Shown here: piece after piece, positions 12,231 to 24,819 of the stretch
How positions within the stretch are numbered: the first letter of the stretch is position 1
Layout: each line of letters starts with the position of its first letter
From: Paragordius varius
Lineage: Eukaryota > Animalia > Nematomorpha
Length of the DNA: 64,000 nt
Assembly (NCBI GenBank): GCA_964247055.1
Contig: OZ176050.1
Coordinates: 8,928,001-8,992,000 of the forward strand
Reading direction: 5' to 3'
The notes under the pieces: model-generated
Told to the model about the DNA's origin: nothing
Seen by the model: only the letters and a program-made list of their open reading frames with translations
Databases searched by the model: none
Program-made: the position numbers and the translations under genes

Positions 12231-15200
12231 ATGAGCGGTTACGATTCTAAAGCAGACGAATTCGAAGATTCTTTTGTAGATTTTATCAAAAAGGTTTGTG
12301 ATTTATGTATATACTTAGAAATGCCCTAAAAATAAAAGAGACCATGATAATATTAGTATTACAAGTCGAAAATCTAACATTTCCCTTTTTTCAATAAAGG
12401 TAAACATATTCACTATATTAAGGATGGATTTAAGAGACGATGTTCTTTTAATAAATTACCTAATATAAATAATCTTCTACATCAGCCAATAGTACAGGAA
12501 AAGCTTCGCAGAATGAGTACTTCGATTCAGGTAAATTAATAATAATTTTAGCGAAACTGCTCGTTCAAAAACTTGCATTCCATTATTACGCATAACAAAG
12601 AAAATTCAAAAGACTGTTGTACGGAAAATAACACTAGTGATACATTTGGCGAAATTTCGAGCGGAGAAAATCAAGTTATAGTACCTTCCATAAATATCGA
12701 ATCATACAATTCAAATAATACTTCTCTACTATCAAACGCCCTTATATCCTCGCCCTTTCGCAAAAAATGTCAAACACTCACTGCCTATGACAGAGATCAA
12801 TATTATCGAAAACAATATGTTTTGGCCCATAAAAACGAAGCGGGATTGAATCGATCTCATTCAAATAATTCGCCAAACAATAAAGCTATTACTCCGAAAA
12901 GCAAACATTTTAAAATTGGTAAAAGCTGGGTCGAGTCTTTGCCGAGCAAAAGTTTATATTCTAACCTAACATCGATGGAAATAAAAAGGCAAGAGGTAGG
13001 GCCCTTATTTTATTTACGTTTAAAATATTTTTTTACAGTCACATCTTTTGCTTATCGTTTTCATTTTTCATCAAACATGCGAAAAATATGTTAAAATCAC
13101 AAACAAATGATATTTATATGCATTTTAGGCTATTCACGAATTTTACTACGGAGAAAAAGATACCCTAATGGATTTGGAATGTTTGAGAAAAGTGTATTTA
13201 GATTCACTTAAACTCTTGAATCTCATTAAAAGTGAAGAAATTGAATTGTCCTTAAGTGCTTTACAAAAAATTATTCCCTGCCACCGCGGTAAATTTGACC
13301 TTAATATATAAATATTTTTTGCTTTGAATAAGTTATTTTTATATTGGGTAGAATCAATCTTATAATTTTTACACTATGATTGCAGAAATCATTTTTGGAC
13401 TTGTTTGAGAGTTCCCACCCTAATTATTTTCATGTACCAATTGATTTATTAATATTTTTGTAACCTAAATAAAATGTATTAACATATGAATTTAGAAATG
13501 ATTGCTCAAATGGAAAAACAACGTCATTGTGATACCCATATTACGAATGAAATAGGAACAACAATTTTAAATTTGGTTTGTATTTGATCTATAATAAAAT
13601 TATTTTTTTCAAAATATATTAAAGATTTAAATTGAATCACAAAGTTACCAATTTTATATGTTAAAGTATTCGATTCCATTTTTATATGTTATTAGAAAAT
13701 ACCTATGATAATTATTGCCCTTGCATAATATATGTCTATGTTTTACATTTGGATTTATAGGTATCAAATTTGAGTAATCACGTGGATTATTGTGAGCATT
13801 TAACTAATTTACGTCGCCTTTTAGAAGAAAAGTATGAAAAAGAAGAGCGCATTAAAGATTTTTTAGATCGATGTCAGAATTCACCGTTTAGTCGCCGACT
13901 TGATATTTGGACTTTTATTGGTAGCGCAGCATTATATTATTTCCTTTAATCTAATTTTTGCTTAGATTTTATGGTTATTTTGTGCATATATATGTATAGA
14001 TATACCAAGAATACGCATCATAAAGTATCCTCTTTTAATCAAGGCCATATTGAAAACAGTAAATTAAAATTATGTGGCATTTTTTGTTTATATATTTATT
14101 TAAAAAATTTTGCAAGGAAAAATACAACTTAAAATTTAATTTCATTTTTTAAAATAACTTTGTTTTATTTAATTTTTGTAGACACCTAAAGACCACCTGG
14201 ATTATGATTCACTTTCTCAAGCGGTTTGCATAATTTTTATTTTTATTGTGTTTTCACTATTTAATTTGGTTCAACATTTCTATAATATGAAATGATAATT
14301 TAAACTCAAATTTACCTCTATTTCAGAAACCATACTTATATATAAAATATCTAATTACAAATTTGTTATTTAAATAATTATTTGAACATATTTAAAAAAT
14401 TCTTTTTTAAAAATAGATATACTGAAATTGATTAAATGGATTTTATTGCATTTATAAAGTATCAAAGTAAAAATTTAATAATAAGCTACGTTTTATAATC
14501 TCTTAAAAATTTGACAATAAAAGTTTTGTAACATAAAAATACCTGTTTTTACTGATTTTCTTTAAGTAATTAGAAAAGCTTTTATGCTGAATCAAAAAAA
14601 GTTTTTTTTGGGTTCAAAGTTTAGAAATATGATTTTTTTAATTTTTTCATCTATCCTTTGTTCCCCTCAAAAAGATTCTTTTTATAATTATTATAGGTAA
14701 AAACGATTGAATCAGTGGTTAGTACGATAGACACGCGCGTCGGATTAGTTAAATGCAAAATTACGATAGATAAGCTTGAATACGTTCACGATTATCAAGT
14801 ATAATACATTTATTTTTTTTCTTAATTCATTTTATTTTTATATGGTTCTCCTCATAATTAGAAACTACCTGATTTTCAACAATCGCAACAATTAATATGT
14901 TCTGGGGTACTCAAAAATGCTAAAGGGATAGTAAGTTTATAATTAGCCGATTTTTGCTAAAAACATTTATGGGCGAATGTCATTTTAATTATTGTAGCGA
15001 TATAAGTTTTTTACTAAGGGTATATACATTATAAATATACAGTTTTTACGGTTTAAACAATAACACATTTGTTTTTTTATACGACAGAAACTTCAAACTT
15101 TTTTGTTTGACAATTTACTTGTGTTTACCCGGCCATCGAGTTTCAATGCCAAAGAATCATCGGCAAAATATACGGTTTACAAAAGGCCTATACCATTGAA

Positions 15201-16700
15201 CCAATTGCATTTGATTGAACCAAATTCTGTTAATGAAGAACTAATAATTTGCAGTAATAATATCTCCTCTAGCATTGGAAACAGTATTTCATCAACTCTT
15301 TCCTCCATCGTTTCACGTAAGGATAGTTTTAAAACAGGGACTACCCAGGACAAGAATGTTATCACACCGAGTAAGTTTTAAATTTATTTTAAATAATCGG
15401 TTTGATTGAGTTAGATAGGTTATATACCCATTTTTAATTGATTAGGGTCTCCACTTTTCAAGAGATAATTTTTTTGGCGAATAAGCGAAAAATATAATCT
15501 AATTGGAATTAAAAAATATGATGCATATTTATAGTTATTCTGCATATAAGCCATTTTTTGAGCCCCATAGATTAAGTTGTGCGATATTTTTAAATTTATT
15601 ATAAATATTGGATTGGCCTGACTTTGTCTTCCATATGTTCGTATTCAACACACTCATTTACCTTGTATATTATTGTTACAGTTTAAAAATTTCATAACCA
15701 TATTTCTAAGGAAAATTTTGGCATATTATACAATAAACTACTGTTTCTTTTTTAAATTTATTTTCGATACACAAGCTTTATATGAAGAATACCATATTTT
15801 TTCTTATTAATAATTAAAATTTCTACCTAGATTATTGCTTAGTTAATTAATGGGTGTAAAAAGGATTTAGGCAATTTTAGGTGGTTCCGGTCACACTTAA
15901 GCTAATGTTTTCAAAATAATATATTAAGTAATACTTATTTCTCATAATTATACTCTTTTATAAAACTAGATACATTTCAAAAAGTATTTTATTAATTATA
16001 CATATTATCTAAAAAAGTTAGACTGTAAAATTGTTTACAGTCAATTATATTTTTATTATTTATACCATAAAAAATTAAAAATTATATGTCAAAATTAATT
16101 TGCATAAAGGTTAATGCTATACAAACTAAAATTTTTATTTTAAATAGCGCTAAAAATAAAACAATCAAAATGCTATTTTAATATTCAAGATAACCATTAG
16201 TGAAATAGATTACTTTATTTTAATTTATAGACAATATAAAATTTATTTTAAATTTATATTCATTTATAGATAGTGCAAATGGGAATCTTGAAAAGTTAGA
16301 TGAATTAAAAGTCTCACCCATCATTGAAACCGATAATGAATTAAAAAACGATAATGAAAGCAAAAATAGTACAAAAGGTATTGAAGAGAGCTCAACAAAT
16401 ACGAATTTACCGGCGACTTTCAATAATCCACATCATTCCAAACATTTTGCATTTGGTGTTCAATTACAAAAGCGTGATTACAACCCCAATGACGCTACTA
16501 TGTTACATAGTATAACAATCCTTGAAGAACATACCCTGATTTGTAAAGATTTTCATGATCGTAAAATGTGGATAGATAATATAAAACAACAGTGTGAAAA
16601 ATTTACAACAACACCAGCAAAAAATGTATCATTGAAAGAGAACGAAACTCCAGATTGCAATGGAAATAGTTTAGTAGCCGTTACAATTACGGAATGTTAA
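12231..16700 (+). CDS. NET1/ARHGEF3-type Rho guanine nucleotide exchange factor (DH-PH)
   Basis: DH: EIKRQEAIHEF...DFLDRCQNSPFSRRLDIWTFIDIPRIRIIKYPLLIKAILK. PH: LICSGVLKNAKGIKLQTFLFDNLLVFTRP...YKRPIP. Exons approx. 12231-12293, 12423-12530, 12552-12995, 13129-13288, 13496-13575, 13761-13920, 14000-14058, 14182-14223, 14698-14799, 14861-14929, 15088-15370 and ~16230/16270-16700. The start codon is inferred. Confidence 0.92.
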
Positions 16701-17159
16701 TTGGTCAAACAATTTTACATTAGGGATTGAAATTATTGTTATTATACTTATTATATCAATGTAGAATTATTATTATAAATGTAATATAATATTTGGTATA
16801 AATATAATTGTTAAAATGTACTTTACCCCTCTAGTTTGTGGAAAGGTGATATATTTACGGTTATCTTTATTAGGACTTTTTAAAACATATGATAGCAGAA
16901 GTTTTTTGGTTTATGAGCCCTGTTTTAATTTATAAGGGAGGTCTAATGTGTTTGATGAAGTGATTGTGATTACTTGTTTTTATAATATTTTTTATTTTAT
17001 TTTTTATATTTCTTTTATATTATTTTCATTATCTATATATAGTAAAAATTGATTGCAACTTCGCTTCATTTACTTTTTGCGATTTGTATTAACCAGGAGT
17101 TGTTGTTGTTACTTTTTCATTGGAATATAAATTAGCTCACCTAGGTGCTTCTATCCTAA

Positions 17160-18812
17160 TCTATATATTTATAAAAATGGAAAATGGTGGCTTTGTGATC
17201 TGTTTCCGGAAAACCGGTAGACCCATTCAAATCCAAATGTCGAAAAAATATAATCATTAATGAATGCCCCGACAATAGCTTCGCCCTTTTTTGAATTAGG
17301 CCCCCAGTTCGGGCCCACCCCGTGGAATTCCACAAAAATTGTGTCTTTGAGACAATTTTCCGGAAAACATGTTGGACCATTTGATTTTAAATATAGTTTT
17401 CTTTTCTTTTTTTTCGATTGCGCCGAACATTGTCGGCTCGCTTTTTTATTTTAGGCCCTCTTTTTACCCGCTCCCCCTGTAAAATGCCATTTTTTTAAAA
17501 AAAATCAAGTCCACAAAAATAATTTTTTGAACCTATTTTTCTCCCAAGGTATGAGATCATAAAAATTCAATAAGGATTCCAGGTATTTCCCGTTAAAAGG
17601 CAAATTAATCAAGCGTTTTTTTCATATTGGCTGCCAGGTAAGGAGACACCCGCTAAAAACTGACCCGTCATATCGAAATAGAGTGCCTTTGAGACTAAAT
17701 TACAGAAAACTTATCAGGCCATATGAGTTTAATAGCTACTTAAAATATTACCCGTAACAAAGCAAAAATTTAGGTGCGGCTTTTTAAAATTAGCCCTCAA
17801 TTAGGCCCTTCACGCCATGGTAAATGCGTCGCCATAGAATGATTTTTTAGTTTTGCTAATGAGTGCATATGGAATCAATCATGATTCCAAGTATTCTCCG
17901 TAAAAAGGCAAAAATTCTAATCTAGCACTTTTTTGTATTAGGGAGCTAACCACCTAAAACTTCGCCACTATATCGAAATTGCGTTGTTTAGGAGTTTATT
18001 TTCAAACTTATCAGGCTTCTTTAATAAGGGCCTGAAATATTACCCGTAAAAAGGCAAAAATTTAAGTCCAGTTGTTTTTTTAATTAGGCCCTTTACCACC
18101 TAAAAAATGCGCTATCATTAAACTACTATTTAGTTTTGTAGCCATTCTTCCAAAAACTACTAATTTTACGTATTCCCTTATAAAGGCAAATTTTTTTATC
18201 AAACGTCTTTTTTATATTGGCCTCTGGTATAACTGTGCCACCATATCGATATAGCGTGACTTTGGAGCGAAATTTAGAAAACTTATCAGGCCATATGAGT
18301 TCAATAAAGACTTAAAATATAGCCCGTAAAAAGGCAAAAATATAAGTAGAGCGGTTTCATTAAATTACCCCTTAATTAGGCCCTTGCACTAAAAAGGCGC
18401 CACCATAAAATGACTTATTGGTTTTGAGGCAATTTTCCGAAAATCCCACGAGAGCATCTGGAATCAATAATGATTCCAGGTATTACCCGAATGGCAAAAA
18501 TTTTAATCGAGCGTTTTTTTGTTTCGCCCCTATATTCCTCATATAAGGGCAAAAATTTTGCCCAACACTTTTTTTACGTGCCCCTAGGTAAAGAGCTACC
18601 CGCCAAAAACTGCGCTACTATATATAAAATTGCGTTGTTTTGGAGCTAATTTACAGAAAAGTTATGAAGCCATATGAGCTCATTAAAAGCTTGAAATATT
18701 AGCCGTAACCAGGTAAAATAAGTTTAGGCGTTTTTTATTAGTCGTTAATTTGGGGCCTTTACGCCCTAAAAATACGTCAAATAACGATTATTTAAGGTTG
18801 AGAGATTTTTCG
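17160..18812 (+). mobile_element. Non-autonomous Helitron, 3'-truncated, with degenerate internal ~280-380 bp subrepeats
   Basis: 5' end A|TCTATATATTTATAAAAATGG is shared exactly with the copy at 36537. Similarity to that copy stops near 18812. The marker cttatcaggc recurs at 17710, 18007 and 18282, with a variant at 18661. Confidence 0.8.
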
Positions 18813-19145
18813 AATGTAAATTAAGCAAATTATCCGTTTTTATAAAAAATCTATCACATATTTAAAATTCAGGCGACCGGCATTTTTGCGTTTATAGAAA
18901 ATATTTAATTTAAGAGAGGCCTAAAAATACACCTTTGGAGCCCTCTCACATTAAATTTCTATAATTATTGTTTACCATTTAATTATAGTTTATGATGTAT
19001 TTCAATAATATTTTTGGAGTGAAACCATATAGCTTAGTCGTACTCACCAAAATTTTGACGGGCTGAATGAAATATTTTTTGTCCTAAGGGCCGTGCCCCA
19101 TATAACAAAAATGTAGTTGTTAAATAAGATATTTAAACTCTAGAT

Positions 19146-21281
19146 CAGTGGTGCTCGCCAAAAAAAGTTAAAGGGCCGCAAAAAACATTTATCTTGCAAG
19201 GTCCGCGGACCATATAACACCGTTAAAAATATCATAGCTGCTTGACACATTTCCAGATATTTTTACCCACAATAAGTATGTGAAAAAATTGATTATTCAA
19301 GGCCATAAATAAAAAACACTATTAGAGTCTCGGTTATCACTCTAGATCACTATGTCGAGAGATTTTGCGGGTGGCATACAAATCGTAACTAAAATGCCTC
19401 TTGTGCGATTTTGTTTAAAATATTTCGATAATATTAATTAAAAACCAAATAAGTGGACTAAATAGACAACAATTTCAAACAAATCTGGTTTAATATCATG
19501 GCAAGTCAATCTTAATACATTGTACATATCATCTATCAAGTCATTACTATATGTATTTTTAACATGTTTCATTTATATATATATGTTCTCGCATGTATAA
19601 GTTGAGGAGAAAACAGTGAAGATAAATTGAGCACATTTTTTTATTATTTTCTAATTGATTTGGCACATCTTGTTAAAATATACCTCTTCGCGATTTTATT
19701 TGTATTGATAAACAGAGCCGTAGCTTCTGGCGTCCCCCTCCCCTCCATGCGACCCCTTGCATTTTAAAAAATAATCAAATTCAAACCGTGGTCATGACTA
19801 GTCATAAATGGGTGACTTATTATGTATTACTAAAATATTGATATAAAACTAAATTTTAAAATCCGGCGCCCCATCAACTATGGCGCTCGGTGCTTCAGTC
19901 CTTCTTTCCCCCTCTAGCTACGCCTCTGTCGATAAATTCTTCAACAAAATGCTATGATCAAAGCATAATTGCTTAATATTTAAATCCATATTTCTTAATG
20001 GAGCAAATTTTATTTCTTCATCTGGAACCTGAATTTTAGTTAATTCTATTTCCATAATTAATGTGTTTTGAATGTGGGATATAGGAAGGTTTGACTTAAT
20101 TATTCCCCTTTATCTAATGTTGCGACTAATTGCTTATTTCCTTAAAGACGTTTTAAATATATATCAGTAATATCGTAAAGGTAGACCAAAATAACCCATC
20201 ATTTCTCATTAACCATGTCTTTGACAGGTTTATTCTTTTGTACATGTTAAATCATATTTTAATTCAAATATTACCTTAAACTCTACTCAGGCTTGTTTAC
20301 TTGTGTAAAAGTAAAATTAAATACTGGCTGTCATTTTTTTAACGATTCTACATCTATCATGGATGTGGTTAACTATATCGACCGCTGTTTTACTGAATGC
20401 TGGCGGATAAAACAAAGAAAGATTTTGGGCATTAACCCCTGATTTCCAATCACAAGGGACTGCCATGAATGCATATAGACGCCAGTTTTCTATAGAACCA
20501 ATATTATAGAAAATTAAATATAAAAAGTGTTTACCTTTCGTGTGGGCACGTTTTCGATTCCTCGTAAACTATGTTGTTATGACAAGATCTTACAATTAAT
20601 GCATATTAAAATGTGGAAGTAATATGAGATAAAATCAATAGCTATACTCTGATTATTTTTTAAGATAATAAATAAATAAATATTAACGTGTTTATGCGTC
20701 GAATATACCAAGCGGAAGTTTTTTTAATTTGCCTCATAATTTCATCTTTGCTACATTTATCAAAAAACGAAATCATTATTTAAACATTCTTTCACCAAAT
20801 AATAGGTTAAAGGCCTCCTTTTTTCAATATAACAAAATTTATGACATGCTATTGTTACAGCTCTTTCCCGTAAAAAGCTATGAACATAATAGTTCTTTTT
20901 GGTGTTTTTAATCTCTTTATACATTTCATGTCCTTGATATTTTCAGGTAATTTATGAGACAGATTTATATTAATCATTAATAGATATCATCCTTTTTGTG
21001 CGTCATTTTTAAAAAATTATACTAGAGAATAATATTTAAAATTTCATATATATATAGATATATATGAAATCGGATAATTAATATAGCAATTTTATTTCAT
21101 TATATAAGGGTAGTGAGTTTTTTTAAAAAATCAACAAAAAATTACAGAATAACAATATATAGATTCAGTTCAAATTAATCAGTTGTATGTGTTTTTTAAG
21201 AAATATTCAATAAACTTAAATATGAATAATTCAGGACCATGAAAGGCCGCATGCAAACCGTGGGCCGCTATTTGGGCACAG
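19146..21281 (-). mobile_element. Decayed hAT (Buster/SPIN/Charlie-like) DNA transposon with transposase remnants
   Basis: Ends are ctctagat|CAGTGGTGCTC...gggccgca and ggccgcatgc...gggccgctatttgggcacag|atctagct, in NTCTAGAN-like target context. Minus-strand remnants include LASICIHGSP..IGNQG (cf. LVSICTDGAPSM), TAVDIVNHI, FELKYDL and dimerisation-domain-like FSSTYTCE..MKHVKN..LRLTCHDIKPD. Many stops and frameshifts. Confidence 0.75.
19713..19928. mobile_element. 216 bp hAT-type MITE nested in the hAT remnant
   Basis: 13 bp TIR cagagccgtagct / agctacgcctctg (1 mismatch); 8 bp TSD ttgataaa / tcgataaa; GC-rich interior. Confidence 0.85.
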
Positions 21282-22381
21282 ATCTAGCTTGCACACAAAA
21301 GGATATTTAGCATAATGTGTGCTATTGGCCTTTCGATATGAAGCATTTACCATAAAAATTAACTTTCACAAATCACTCCTAAGATCTAAAATAATTACAC
21401 ATTGAGAATATTGATACATTTTTCCACCACGATATATTCACATTAAAACATTTTTTCACGGTGGGCGGATTATAAAAAAGTGTTTAACCAAATTTAAATA
21501 ATCTTTAAACTTTAAGCAAGCAAATTTGTTTATAATATCCAAAAAACTGATATATTAGAACCTATTTTGTTTAATAATAAGAATTAATTAATCGTAAAAT
21601 GGTATACATACAGATTTACAGCAAATTTTACAAATTACTTTTGTTTCAATTAAGTTTCTATTTTCAAAACTAGAAGTTTGCTTTATATATTTTATAATTA
21701 TATACAATACACACATATTTCATATAATTCAAGAATTAATTAATTTTATTTTAATTATGGGTGCTATTTGTTCAAACCAAAGGTTATATGTATAAAAATA
21801 TAAAATGTAATGACGTTTATCCTTGTAGTCATCACATATTATTACACAGTGCGCACAAAAAAATAAACAAAAATGATTTTTATCTAGAATAATAAGAAAT
21901 CCCTTGGAAAAGAAGACCCCAAAAAATTTGGGGCAAAAACGCGCCCTAAAATGGAAATATTCCATTTTTTCATTTTTGACTAGAAATAAATTTTTGTCCA
22001 TATTTTTTAATCTTATCGAGCAAACATTATAAAATTTTTATATATTATATAAAACCTAATATATTCTTAAGAAAAATACATATAATAATTTTAAAGTACT
22101 AATAATTTTTTTTATTCCACAAAAATAGAAATTCGAAAATTTCATGAAATTGTCGAAATATATTATAAAAAAATTATTTGTAAGAACTCCATATTGTTAT
22201 TATTATTTAAGTTTATGACTAATATATAACATACCAAAGAGTTGCTATATATAATAAAGGCTATGTATCTTTTTAAGTGCCTAGAAAAATTTCTATTTTT
22301 TCAAAAATTTTTGCAATTTTTGTTGAATTTTCATCATATGCTGATCATTGATTCATAAATACATTATTGCGCAATTTTTAA

Positions 22382-24306
22382 ATGCGATTAAAAAAAAAAC
22401 CAATAAAATTTCAAGATTATGAAATTCCCATTACTTTGGATACAGGTATATATATATTGTTTAAAAATCTAGTTAATAAATTTAAATGCAAAATAAATAA
22501 AGACCTTTTCTGCTATATATGTGGAAGGTATCATCGCCCTACAAATTTGATTAAAATAACTGAACCGATAATTAATATTTATAACTTATATTTTGCTGAG
22601 AAATTACTTCATTACAAAGAAATATGGGCCCCCAGCAAGGTTTTTATATTATTTATAATAAATCTTACACATTAACTAAACTGTTCTGTTCAGGTGTGCA
22701 AACAATGTGTTGGTAGCCTTTCACCCTGGTATAATGGGAAACATGGAAAAATGCCTTTTACAACCCCTACAATTTGGAAACCTCAGAAAAATCATTTCAA
22801 TGGTTAATTTATTAGTATATTTACAGATTGTTTATTTTGTTTCTTAGATCAACCAGTCATTAACATGAAAAAAGGAAATAAAACATTAATATATCCTGAT
22901 TTAGAATCGGCCAGGCGGCCTAAAAAAATATTAAATACAGTTCCCAAGCCTCCCATACAAGAGAATCTAATGGACTTAATAAAAGATACCCAAGACGATG
23001 GTAATATATAAGTTAATCATAGATTTTATTCCGATCGAAGATGAGAATAATGAATCAAGATGCTCTTCTGAGCTGAGTAATATAGCCAGGTCCACAAGGC
23101 TAAGTATCAGGCAAACCGGGATACTGACAGAAAAAATACTTAACATGAACGTGAATATTGATGTTAAAAAAAGTCAATATAGAAAAAGAAATAAACATTT
23201 TGATGATATATATAATACTGAAAACAATATATCATATTGTATTGATCTGCCAGTTTTGATTGATAAATTGGCAATCACCTATACAGATGATAGGGATTGG
23301 ACGATATTTATTGATGCAAATGAAGTAATTAAATTTATTAATTTGATAGAATAGTTACAAAGTAATATTGCTCAATAAACAATCTAAGTATCCGCCCATT
23401 ATCCTAGTCTATAAGGCTAAACTATATGGGGATAAGGAAACTTATGATCTTTATAAAAAGATGTTGGATAGGTGTCCGAATCGCAATCACTACTCCTTGA
23501 TTGCTGATTATAAAGTATAACATTAAATAATTTTTAGGTTTTATCTATATGCCGCGGTTTGAAAGGCGGTTACCCTACCTACGCGTGCCTTTTTTGCCTC
23601 TTTAAATCTAGAGATAAGGCAAACCATTACAATTCAAATCATATATACCAACCTAGAACGGATGATGTCATAGGTATATTTTATTTTAAAATATACAAGG
23701 TACTTATAGCCTGGACAGAATCCCATTGATTAAAATGGACAACATGATGATTCCTCCCTTACATATTAAATTGGGGCTAGCCCGCACTTATATAATTAAT
23801 ATGCACAAGGGAGGACCAGCCTACAATTTTTATTTAAATATGTTCAAAATTAATCCATCAAAATTGGCCGCAGGTTATTTAACAGGCCCTCAAATAGAAA
23901 GACTATTTGATTCGGATGCCTTGTATAACTTAATGAACCCTACTGAAAAAAGAGCATTTAATGCTTTTAGAACTTTCAGTAGGGAATTTTTAGGAACTTA
24001 TAAATCTCTGAATTATCTATCTCTAGGAGCCGAAGTAGTTGACTCCTATAAAGTTCTAGGTAAATATTTGATTTTTAAAACTTATCTTTAACATTTAATG
24101 TTATTTATATATTTTTAGGTGCAAATATGTCCATAAAACTGCATCTTGTGGATAAGCATCTGGACAAATTCCCCCGGTGGAGGGCAACAGACCAGGATGG
24201 GGAACGGTTCCACCAAACACTTAAACACATAGAAAAAAATTATAATAGTTCCAATAGTATCCACATGATTGGTGAATACTATTGGAATCATTTTATGTCT
24301 GACTAA
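22382..24306 (+). CDS. Chapaev3/CMC-like DDE transposase, apparently intact, 9 exons, 554 aa
   Basis: Spliced product contains FCYICG, WAPSKVCKQC, MPFTTPTIWKPQKNHFNDCLFC, WTIFIDANE (D1), LIADYKVL...GYPTYACLFC (D2), IPPLHIKLGL, GPQI, GANMSIKLHL and DQDGERFHQ (E). Introns 22446-22472, 22640-22693, 22803-22826, 23001-23022, 23325-23349, 23515-23537, 23674-23699 and 24060-24118 give 1665 nt with no internal stop. The family name is from recalled motifs, not a database search. Confidence 0.85.
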
Positions 24307-24314
24307 TATATTCA

Positions 24315-24482
24315 TTATGTATAAATAAATTTAAATTCTTATGTATAAATATATTTTAATTCTTATGTATAAATAAATTTAAATTCTTATGTATAAATAT
24401 ATTTTAATTCTTATGTATAAATAAATTTAAATTCTTATGTATAAATAAATTTAAATTCTTATGTATAAATAAATTTAAATTC
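24315..24482. repeat. Minisatellite, 7 x 24 bp (ttatgtataaataaatttaaattc)
   Basis: Direct reading; two variants in the order A-B-A-B-A-A-A, starting 8 bp after the transposase stop codon. Confidence 0.95.
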
Positions 24483-24494
24483 TTATATGTATTT

Positions 24495-24770
24495 GAAGTG
24501 TTGTTGTTGGGTTAAAATATCTTCAGATATGAAGCTTGTCGTATTATTTTCTCCAAGAAGTGCGATCAAGAGCATCCTTAATGTTTATATTTATTATTTT
24601 TTTGAGTGCATGGTAGCTTTTCCATGTTTGTGTGATTCTATCTATGATAGCCTCAGTTACGCCACCGTTGGCAGTAATAATGTGACCTAGATGTTTGAAT
24701 TGAACAACTGATTCATAATCAGATTCATTGTGTATTGTATGGTTGGAAGTGTTTGAAGATTTTAAAATTT
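24495..24770 (-). mobile_element. 5'-truncated, internally deleted RTE-like non-LTR retrotransposon fragment
   Basis: Minus strand reads ESVVQFKHLGHIITANGGVTEAIIDRITQTWKSYHALKK...ALDRTSWRK*, resembling the region after the RT domain and the C-terminal A.DR..WR of RTE elements. It is followed by a short (caa)n tail. Confidence 0.65.
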
Positions 24771-24819
24771 TGTAGAAACCTAATTAAATATTCTTACTAT
24801 AAAAAAAATGCTAAAAATT

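Noticed and set aside
17156-17454. ORFs 17156-17380 and 17260-17454, and related ORFs at 36425, 47925, 48040 and 48113, as a protein family
   Set aside because: They are chance frames in the Helitron 5' region; starts, stops and frames differ among copies and there is no recognisable domain.
21729-22001. 90 aa ORF as a second RPUSD2 gene
   Set aside because: It shares only the ~35 codons inside the palindrome arm and none of the pseudouridine synthase sequence.
24315-24482. Regular 24 bp repeats as a CRISPR array
   Set aside because: The units are contiguous with no unique spacers, no cas genes are present, and the context is eukaryotic.
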